From Tolypothrix carrinoi HA7290-LM1 (lineage in GTDB: Bacteria; Cyanobacteriota; Cyanobacteriia; Cyanobacteriales; Nostocaceae), in NCBI GenBank assembly GCA_019358935.1, contig JAHHIK010000106.1:1-28435 (forward strand): a stretch of DNA of 28,435 nucleotides, given 5' to 3'. A program made the position numbers and the translations under genes. The notes below the pieces were generated by a model, which did not search any database, was not told the DNA's origin, and saw only the letters and a program-made list of their open reading frames with translations. Shown here piece after piece: positions 5,936 through 13,304 of this stretch (position 1 is its first letter; each line of letters starts with the position of its first letter).

Positions 5936-8536
5936 ACCTGGAAATGTGAACTTTAAAGAGCAAGCATCGCTGACCAGAGGTAGCAAAACTTTTCCGTTGG
6001 ACAGCTTCAGGTCAAACTGCATATTCTTGTTTCCACTTTCGACTTCCACAAGTGCAGGTAAACTCTTGGAGTCTCCGCTAAAGTTGCTTTTGTGTGTCCA
6101 TACTCTCAGTTCCTTTTCGTGCTTGGTTGGTAAGCGGAAGATGGCATAACGCAGGGACGAAAGTGATGGAATTTCCACAGTGGCAGACTTAATATGTTGC
6201 TCACCCTCGGCATATCCCAACCGCACCTCTGCCATCTTCGGTTGTCCACCAGCAGCGATCGCGAAGACGGATTGCCCTCCTGGGTACTGTCGTAGCTCTA
6301 CTACTACACGGTTCGTGAAAGCTCCATAGCGTTTCATGACAAGAGTCGCTAAAAGCGATAGCAAGGCAATGCACAATGCACCGATCCGCGCTACAGGATT
6401 TTCCCAGATGAACAGACCGTGGAGGAGCAGAATCCCTAAATAGAGACTGTATATACCGACACTGAAAACCGGATGATTCAGAATCTCCAAAACCACTCCG
6501 GGCACGAGTTCGCCCTTGCGCCGACTGGAAACTAACAAAAGAATTGGGAAAATACCGCCAACTAGGGAGTTACCGAGTACACCAGCAAATGCCAGTATAC
6601 TAGTAAAGGATTGCGTACCAGCAAGCAAAAGCCACTCAGTTAGTAGGAAGACTAACACTAACGGGCTGATGGATAGCAAGAAACGACGCTGTTTCAATAG
6701 GGTTGCCCAAAACTGTTGTGTCAGCGCTTGCATATCAAGCTTATTAGTCTGACTTTGATTTTTAGGTGCAACACTAGCTACATCTGCCCTCAAATCTCCT
6801 TCGTAGGTTAGGAGCATTGGTGAGGTCAGTTGCAGACACGCATTATCTTCATTAGCCGATCGCACTTCTAGAGTCAGACGAGTATTCCACTTGTCCAATG
6901 GAAACTGCCCAAATAGCTCTTTAATGTCCCAACGCTGAGTAACTGTTATCTCTTGATGGTAAACTTTGCCGCTCGACTGGACATCTAAGCGAAACTTTGG
7001 CGCTTGTTCTGACAATCCCAAGTAGGTTATACCAATATGGGGAACACAACTGGGGTTGCCACAGGGGTGCAATATCAATGTTAAGAGCTTGCGAGGCAAC
7101 ATCAAGATCGGTCGCGCTCTTGCAGGCAACCATTCCCTAGCTAAGTTGAGCAGGAGACTGGAACTACGCAGCCAAGCCATTCCCAACAAAAGGATGATTA
7201 AGACTGCTCCCAAAACTCTGACGATGGAACCAACCTCAACAGCCAGTGGTTCCAGGACGGTGCCTGACTGCCCAACTAGTAACTGCGGTGCGATCGCTCC
7301 GTTGACTGCCAACACCCAAATGCAAAACAGCACAGTTAAAAAAGCAGTTCCTGCCACGCTACCCCAAATCAGTGAGGAAGCGCTCTTGTCACGGGGGAGT
7401 ATCAATTTGCCACATTCACCCACATACACATGTCCGAAGTAAAGCATCAAGCTAACACCGAGAATCCGCTGTAACATCCAAGGTTGGAAAGGATGACCAT
7501 CCAAAAAAGGTAAGTTGACATATAAAAGGTTGTCGAGTTCTACATGGCGAAATGCTAGCAATGACAGGATGAGGAGCAAACTAACGTTGATGGCTGCAAG
7601 CAATACCATCACCGCAACCGTGAAGTTAAGCGATGTCTGCGACAGCAGGTATAATCCAGCGAAGAAAAGCAACACGGCACACAGTGCTGCTGGTATGTGT
7701 GTAAAGTTTGCCATAGTCGTTGACAAACCGATGTAGCAAGCCAAGGCTATGAGAAAAACACGGATACTTACGGCGACAGAGAATATAAATGAGCCAGCAT
7801 ATCCTAAGTAGTTGGATACTAATTGTTTGATAAAGACATTGCCGTAACGAAAGTCACCACTACGACTAACAGCTTCAGCCATGCAAGCCATAGTTAGTAT
7901 GTTAATGGTGCCGATGATGACCAGAAAGGCAACAGTAACCAAGGGACCAACATCGGCTACAGCAATGGGCAAGGCTAAGAAAGCTTGGGGAAGACCTAGA
8001 GCAACGGTTACTGCATAGGCAAGCCAGAAAGGTGGCATTTCCTCCAGTCGTTGCGCGATCGCACTACTCTTCCAGCGCATTTGTTCGATTAGTGGCAGCT
8101 TAGATGCAAAGATTTTTTCTAGCTGTGTTCTGTACAAGCGCGAGTAACTCACCTGTACCGCTTTCTCATCCAAACCCAAAGCTGCCCGGATGTTAGGTAC
8201 TGCTTGATAGGTAAAGGTGTATTTTTGGCTGAGAGCGTGGGCAATGGCGGCTTTTAGTCTAGGGTTTTCCGGTAGGAGAAGTGTCCATTGTCGGGCGTAG
8301 CGTTCGAGGTGTTGGATGGTAGGGTGGAGTGGTGGCGCATTCAAGAAAGCAAAGGCTTCTAGGAAAGCTAAATCGCGCTCCGACGCAGCTTGCTCGGTAA
8401 GGGAAAATTCCACACGCGATCGCGCTACTATCTGCGCTGTTCGACTCTCAATCAAAAACAGCAAAGTATTCGCTCGTTTCGCTGGTAAACCCGCTAATAC
8501 TTCCTCACGCGATATCAGTTCATCATTGGATGACAT
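5918..8536 (-). CDS. Large multi-pass membrane protein, amino-acid permease (APC/aromatic amino acid transporter)-like, with soluble N-terminal, internal and C-terminal domains
   Basis: About 9 hydrophobic segments, a roughly 150-aa hydrophilic insert, then about 4 more segments. The TM1-like ALGLPQAFLALPIAVADVG resembles IGAGILALP...G of Trp/Tyr permeases. Start placed at ATG 8536 (MSSNDE, AGGTGA upstream) rather than TTG 8557. Confidence 0.75.
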   Translation of the reverse strand: MSSNDELISREEVLAGLPAKRANTLLFLIESRTAQIVARSRVEFSLTEQAASERDLAFLEAFAFLNAPPLHPTIQHLERYARQWTLLLPENPRLKAAIAHALSQKYTFTYQAVPNIRAALGLDEKAVQVSYSRLYRTQLEKIFASKLPLIEQMRWKSSAIAQRLEEMPPFWLAYAVTVALGLPQAFLALPIAVADVGPLVTVAFLVIIGTINILTMACMAEAVSRSGDFRYGNVFIKQLVSNYLGYAGSFIFSVAVSIRVFLIALACYIGLSTTMANFTHIPAALCAVLLFFAGLYLLSQTSLNFTVAVMVLLAAINVSLLLILSLLAFRHVELDNLLYVNLPFLDGHPFQPWMLQRILGVSLMLYFGHVYVGECGKLILPRDKSASSLIWGSVAGTAFLTVLFCIWVLAVNGAIAPQLLVGQSGTVLEPLAVEVGSIVRVLGAVLIILLLGMAWLRSSSLLLNLAREWLPARARPILMLPRKLLTLILHPCGNPSCVPHIGITYLGLSEQAPKFRLDVQSSGKVYHQEITVTQRWDIKELFGQFPLDKWNTRLTLEVRSANEDNACLQLTSPMLLTYEGDLRADVASVAPKNQSQTNKLDMQALTQQFWATLLKQRRFLLSISPLVLVFLLTEWLLLAGTQSFTSILAFAGVLGNSLVGGIFPILLLVSSRRKGELVPGVVLEILNHPVFSVGIYSLYLGILLLHGLFIWENPVARIGALCIALLSLLATLVMKRYGAFTNRVVVELRQYPGGQSVFAIAAGGQPKMAEVRLGYAEGEQHIKSATVEIPSLSSLRYAIFRLPTKHEKELRVWTHKSNFSGDSKSLPALVEVESGNKNMQFDLKLSNGKVLLPLVSDACSLKFTFPGMGSGE

Positions 8537-8920
8537 ATTAATCACCTGTAAAATCAAAGTTTTTCGGACTTACGCGACTCAAAGCTGGTTTTTGATCGCT
8601 ACAGAAAAGGTTCAGTCTTCGTCATTGCCTGATAAGAAATCAAGCATTGTTCCGTAATAAATAACTATAAGAACTACTACGGTTCTTGCTGCTATCTCCA
8701 GATAGGACATTTGTTTAGCAGCAACAGATGAGTGCTTGTGTCAGGATTGGGGTAATGAAAACCATAATTGTTCTGTTTCTTCGTATTTGATAGTGATAGC
8801 GCTGTTAAGTAGATTTTCTGCTTATTACTGTCGGGCTTTATTAATTGCCGTATAGTGTGGAACTCGTCAAATATTACAATGCACATTTTGGTTAATTTGT
8901 ATAGTGGGTAACTCTTGGTT

Positions 8921-10342
8921 TCATTCAGCTAACTCGCGCGATCGCTGTTTGATCGATTGCACCTGGCTCTGCAATCGCTCATAGTATTGCGTCTCAGTTT
9001 CACCTGAGCTTACCGCTTGCTCTCTGAGTTTTTGGATCTTTTTGTGTAAGGAGCGAAAGTGTTCATTCTCAGTAATTTCCACAAGGTCTTTTGCTCTTTT
9101 AGTTTCGTCAATCTCAACTTTTAGATTGATTACCTGCTGTTTCAGGTTTTGCTCTCTAGCCCTAACCTCACGAGCCATCTGTAGAAAGACACGCACCAAC
9201 CGCCCTATGTCGTCCTGAGTGCCAGACACAACAGTTAATTCCTGAGGATTGAAATTTTCCTGCTCCAGTGCTTGCGCTGCGGCAGTGAGGACGCGAATCG
9301 GTCGGGAAATGCTCCGTGCTAGAAACAGCGCTATGATTGCCGTGATTCCCCCCACTACCAGTACGCTGGTGCCGTTCAGCCAGATCAAACGCTTCAAGGG
9401 TGCTTCAAATTTTTCTTTGGGTTGGCTGACTCCCAACACCCAAGGTTGCTTCTCCAAGGGTGCGAAGCCAACTATCCGGGGCGTTTGGTTTATCGGAAAA
9501 CGATAGCTGGTGTGACCGAGTTGTTTTGCCCCCACCATCACCTTCAACTCTGGAATGTTCAAGCTTTTAATTTCATCAACACCATAACGTCTGTCGGTCA
9601 CCACCTGCTTTCGCGTTTCTGGCGACAAGGAGTTGAGACTATGGTAGAGTCGGGATTTATCGGGATGGCTGATGATTACCCCATGCTGGTCAACAAGAAA
9701 GGCGTAGCTCTCGGAGCCTACCGACAATGTATTAACGATCGCCCAAATATCTTCTCCTTTGATTTTAAGTACCGTCACTCCGACAATCTCGCCATTATCA
9801 GAACGCACGGGGTTGGAGAGAAAAAGCCCAGGTCGAGATGTGGTTTGACCGACAAGGATGCTAGAGACGTAGGAGTTTCCCTGGATGCTAGAGCGAAAGT
9901 ATTCGCGGAAGGCGTAGTTTTGACCAACGAATGTTGGATCGGTGGAAGCGAGACATCGACCAAATTTATCGATGATAAAGACAGCATCAAACTCTGGGTT
10001 AGAGCGGAAGATGTTTGAGAGTGTCCATTGCAGATTGGAGCGGAAGGCTGCTTGCTTTGCGCTTTCTTTTGAAGCCAGCAAACCCACCACATTGCGATCG
10101 CTGCTAACTTGAAATACAACCCGCTGAATATCGATAATTAGCCGATCCAGGCGACTGGCAGTACTAGCGGCTGACAACTCCAGTTTGCGGTATTCGCTTG
10201 CCTCCACACTTTCTAAGCTTTGTCGCAAATTGTAGTATGCGGTGAAGCTCATCGGTGCGATCGCAGCCACGAGCAATGCTGCCGAAAGTTTGGCAGCAAT
10301 CGACCAGGCAGGCGGGTAAAATAACCGATGTGTAAGCTTCAT
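8921..10342 (-). CDS. dCache-HAMP transmembrane sensor without kinase, MCP or cyclase output domain
   Basis: TM1 (AKLSAALLVAAIAPM), dCache motifs (GQNYAFREYF, FLSNPV, YAFLVDQHGVIISHPD, PWVLGVSQP), TM2, HAMP (ISRPIRVLTAAAQAL...DDIGRLVRVFLQMA), then only about 80 aa of coiled-coil tail. Confidence 0.88.
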   Translation of the reverse strand: MKLTHRLFYPPAWSIAAKLSAALLVAAIAPMSFTAYYNLRQSLESVEASEYRKLELSAASTASRLDRLIIDIQRVVFQVSSDRNVVGLLASKESAKQAAFRSNLQWTLSNIFRSNPEFDAVFIIDKFGRCLASTDPTFVGQNYAFREYFRSSIQGNSYVSSILVGQTTSRPGLFLSNPVRSDNGEIVGVTVLKIKGEDIWAIVNTLSVGSESYAFLVDQHGVIISHPDKSRLYHSLNSLSPETRKQVVTDRRYGVDEIKSLNIPELKVMVGAKQLGHTSYRFPINQTPRIVGFAPLEKQPWVLGVSQPKEKFEAPLKRLIWLNGTSVLVVGGITAIIALFLARSISRPIRVLTAAAQALEQENFNPQELTVVSGTQDDIGRLVRVFLQMAREVRAREQNLKQQVINLKVEIDETKRAKDLVEITENEHFRSLHKKIQKLREQAVSSGETETQYYERLQSQVQSIKQRSRELAE

Positions 10343-10354
10343 TCTGATTTTAGA

Positions 10355-10474
10355 TTGTTAGTTGTTGGTTGTTAGTGGTTAGTTGTTGGTTGGAGCGTTG
10401 GAGCGTTGACGGTTAACAGTTAACCACTAACCACTAACCACTATCCATTAACCACTATCCATTAACCACGCTCC
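10355..10474. repeat. Inverted pair of heptamer arrays around a perfect palindrome
   Basis: (TTGTTAG/TGGTTAG)n and (GGAGCGTT)2, centre GGTTAAC-A-GTTAACC (10411-10425), then seven TAACCAC/TATCCAT units and GCTCC. The right array is complementary to the left. Confidence 0.85.
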
Positions 10475-10485
10475 CAGTCTCTCAT

Positions 10486-11448
10486 TCACTCCCACAGCAA
10501 CACAGAAGGAAGTGATTCTGGATACGCCAACCTCAGTAGTTCATAACCGATGCCGGCGGTGCCTTGAAAGAAACCAGGATTGTAAACATCTCCGGGAAGT
10601 TCGGGAAACAGGTAAAAAGCACCGACTTGCTTTGCTCTTGCGACAAGCCATGCCGCTTGTTTTTGGACAGTATTCCAAAGTTCCGGATGCGACAGCTTAG
10701 AAGTTGCTAGCAAAAGTACCTCCATCCTGCCAAAGTTACCGCAGCAGAGATGGTCGAGGTTCTGTAAACCAAACTGTTGAGTTGTGTTGATAGCGGCTGC
10801 AATTTCTTGCCGAATTTCTGGAGTATCGAGAATTTCTAGACCCCCCAAACGACCTAAACCAATGCCAGGAGCGCCGTGACACCAACTGGTCATAAATGTT
10901 GGTTTATTCTCCCTTACGTCTTGCCAATTTCCGGTGCTGGGGGAAAATAAACTGCGTTCGTAGGCGATCGCTTCTTCTGCTGCTTCCAGAAAAACTGTTT
11001 CTTGCGTGATTTTATACAATCGCAGTAAAGCGTAGGCAATGCCCGCAGCACCATGAGAAAATCCTGTTGCTAACTTACCTTCTAAAGTTGCCCAAGCTCT
11101 AAATCCAGAATCGCTCTTGGTGCGGTTAATCAGTAGGTGATAACCTAAGGCAGTAGCTCGATCTAGAATTGCTGGATCTGATGAAGCTTGGTATAAACTT
11201 AGTAATCCCAGTATTGCCCCTGCCGAGCCAGCGATTGTGTCAAATTGGCGATCGCTTGCAATACTTTCCTGAGTTATTAACAATGCTCCCTGGCTGGCAA
11301 TATCTAGAAGCTGCGGTTCATTCAAAAACTGACTAATTCTAACTAAGGTATAAACGATAGACCCTAATCCAGTGGCTCCACCGATACCGATTTGCTTAGT
11401 AAATTTACGCTGAGAATTTGGGTCTGTGTCCTGCGTCGGTTTGCTCAA
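10486..11448 (-). pseudogene. lanM: 3' fragment of a class II lanthipeptide synthetase LanM (LanC-like cyclase domain only)
   Basis: LanC motifs GSAG, GFSHGAAGI, SWCHGAPGIG, HLCCGNFG and PGFFQGTAGIGYELLR...LPSVLLWE (typical LanM C-terminus). It begins at a TTG with no clear RBS, an in-frame TGA lies 6 codons upstream, and the dehydratase domain is absent. Confidence 0.85.
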
Positions 11449-11488
11449 GGTTATGTCAAGGCTTCACACCTTTGCCTCAAGAGCTAAA

Positions 11489-11505
11489 TGTAAACAATTG
11501 TAACA
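11489..11505. promoter_or_regulatory. Imperfect palindrome in the divergent intergenic region (possible operator, NtcA-like with one mismatch)
   Basis: TGTAAACAATTGTAACA reads GTA-N8-TAA versus the NtcA consensus GTA-N8-TAC; TAAAAT lies at 11523-11528. Confidence 0.25.
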
Positions 11506-11583
11506 ATACTGTTGGTTTCGCATAAAATTCCCGGTATAACCGCGAGAGAAAAATAGAGATTCACTTTTGCTTATTTTTCAGGC

Positions 11584-12249
11584 ATGAAGTCTCAAATGAA
11601 TCATCCCCAGACAGATGAACTAGATTCTTATCTACTACAACTAGCTACAGAAGCCCAAGCTAACCCACCGCGCTCTGGAGTCAGACGACTTGCTTTAACA
11701 AAATTAATTCATGAGATTGTGCGCTCTGGCAGGCTTTGCCATCCACAAAAAGGTCAATTTACACCTCAGTTTTATGAAGATATTTATGATGAGGCACGCC
11801 AGGAACTTTTGCTTTATATTTGTGAAAATATTGACAAATACGATGCAAAACGCGGTTCCGTCATGGCATGGGTGAATGTTCTTTTGCAGCGGCGATTTTT
11901 TAGAGATGCTATTAAAAAAATCCAGACTCAGCAGAATGTAATAAAAATAACTGATGCCGATCCGGATAATCTTCCTGCCCCACAAGAAGAACCAAAAGAC
12001 CTAGCAGAAGTTCTAAAAAAATGTATAGAATCAGACCCAGAAGGCATTTTCAAAAATGAACACGTAGAGAAATGTCCTCAAGCTAACTTTCAAGCAGTGG
12101 CAATGCGACGAATGTCTGGAAAATCTTGGAAAGAGATTTCCGTAGAATTTGCGATTAAAGTTCCTACAGTCAGCAGCTTTTATTACCGATGCGTAAATAA
12201 TTTCTCTTTAAAGCTGAAAGAATACTGTGACAACGAGGATATAAATTAA
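11584..12249 (+). CDS. Sigma-70-family (ECF/HetZ-like) factor
   Basis: Region-2-like YDEARQELLLYICENIDKYDAKRGSVMAWVN and region-4 HTH SWKEISVEFAIKVPTVSSFYYR; directly upstream of a DUF1822 gene, a common cyanobacterial pairing. Confidence 0.8.
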   Translation: MKSQMNHPQTDELDSYLLQLATEAQANPPRSGVRRLALTKLIHEIVRSGRLCHPQKGQFTPQFYEDIYDEARQELLLYICENIDKYDAKRGSVMAWVNVLLQRRFFRDAIKKIQTQQNVIKITDADPDNLPAPQEEPKDLAEVLKKCIESDPEGIFKNEHVEKCPQANFQAVAMRRMSGKSWKEISVEFAIKVPTVSSFYYRCVNNFSLKLKEYCDNEDIN

Positions 12250-12264
12250 GCACCAGAGGAAAAA

Positions 12265-13215
12265 ATGATGAGACAATCAGAATCTTTGAAATTTACCGTC
12301 CCGATAAGTAGTGAGCTTCATTCTTTAGCAAAACAATTTCGCCTTTATCATCGCAATTCAAAAAAAGCTAAACAAGTTTATTTTAATACTTTGGCGGTAT
12401 CTGCCGTAAATTTTTACCTGCGTTGCATGGGAATTAAAACTTCTTGGTCAGCTAGTTCTAGTTGTAACCCAGTAATACAAACTATGATGGATGTTGCCGA
12501 TTTAGAAATCATCGGTTTGGGAAAGTTAGAGTGTCGTCCGGTGCTGTCAGACGAAAAGGTGGTTTATATTCCACCAGAAGTTTGGTCAGACAGAATTGGC
12601 TATGTAGCTGTACAATTTGACCAATCGCTAAGAGAAGCGACTCTGCTAGGATTTAGCAAAACGGCTCAAAATGGTGAGATACTTATAAATCAGTTGCGAT
12701 CGCTTGAAGAATTCATTTTACAACTGAGCGAAATTCCCCAAAAAGTTAAACAGCCAATTCACCTCAGCCAGTGGTTATCTAATATTGTTGACGCTGGTTG
12801 GCAAACGGTAGAATCGCTTTTGACGCAACAATCCGAACTAGCTTTTAGATTTCGCTCACCTGAACAAATTTTAGCTCAAAACTCAGAAAATTCTCCTATT
12901 AATGTCCAAAAAGCCACATTGCTGGACTTAGGAGGACAATCAGAAAGTAAACCGATCGCTTTAGTAGTTGGACTGATACCTCTGTCTGAACAAGAAATAA
13001 ACATAATAGTGAAAGTTTGTCCTGTCAATGGTCAAAACTATCTGCCAGAAGAACTTGAATTAATGGTGTTGGATGATTTGGGAATATCTGTAATGCAAGC
13101 TACTGCAAGAAATACCAAGAGTATTCAATTAAACTTTAGTAGCGAATTTGGAGAACGTTTTAGCATAAAAATGACATTAGGTGATGTCAACTTTACAGAA
13201 GTTTTTCTAGTTTGA
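12265..13215 (+). CDS. DUF1822 family protein
   Basis: Characteristic KQVYFNTLAVSAVNFYL, VADLEI..LGKLECRPV, PPEVWSDRIGYVAVQ, HLSQWL...DAGWQTVE and C-terminal GERFSI...FTEVF; AGAGG RBS. Confidence 0.9.
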   Translation: MMRQSESLKFTVPISSELHSLAKQFRLYHRNSKKAKQVYFNTLAVSAVNFYLRCMGIKTSWSASSSCNPVIQTMMDVADLEIIGLGKLECRPVLSDEKVVYIPPEVWSDRIGYVAVQFDQSLREATLLGFSKTAQNGEILINQLRSLEEFILQLSEIPQKVKQPIHLSQWLSNIVDAGWQTVESLLTQQSELAFRFRSPEQILAQNSENSPINVQKATLLDLGGQSESKPIALVVGLIPLSEQEINIIVKVCPVNGQNYLPEELELMVLDDLGISVMQATARNTKSIQLNFSSEFGERFSIKMTLGDVNFTEVFLV

Positions 13216-13304
13216 AATTCGTCGCGCAAAAATATATTATGGTTGACAAAGGTTGTAAAATTTCAGTATTTGATTAACTAAAATTCCAAATTTCAAATAG
13301 GTTT

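Noticed and set aside
5817..6149. 110-aa plus-strand ORF with an apparent TM segment (LVLLVLLVLLV)
   Set aside because: The hydrophobic run is the translation of the CTCCTTGTC repeat; the rest is antisense to the permease.
8537..8557. TTG start giving an 879-aa permease
   Set aside because: ATG at 8536 has a well-placed AGGTGA; the extra seven codons overlap that RBS.
8566..8580. GGACTTACGC, resembling a cyanobacterial MITE end
   Set aside because: No partner inverted end found nearby; too short to call.
8692..8886. 64-aa minus-strand ORF as a candidate precursor peptide
   Set aside because: No RBS, no double-glycine or Nif11/NHLP leader and no Cys/Ser/Thr-rich core.
9249..10119. ORFs 9249-9506, 9422-10018 and 9775-10119
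   Set aside because: They overlap the well-supported Cache-HAMP gene in other frames and have no recognisable motifs.
8921..10342. Calling the sensor a histidine kinase or chemoreceptor
   Set aside because: No H-box, HATPase motifs or MCP signalling hairpin are present.
11584..13215. Naming these genes hetZ and patU3
   Set aside because: The sigma-like protein is much shorter than HetZ as I recall it, and DUF1822 homology to PatU3 cannot be shown from the sequence; used only as an analogy.
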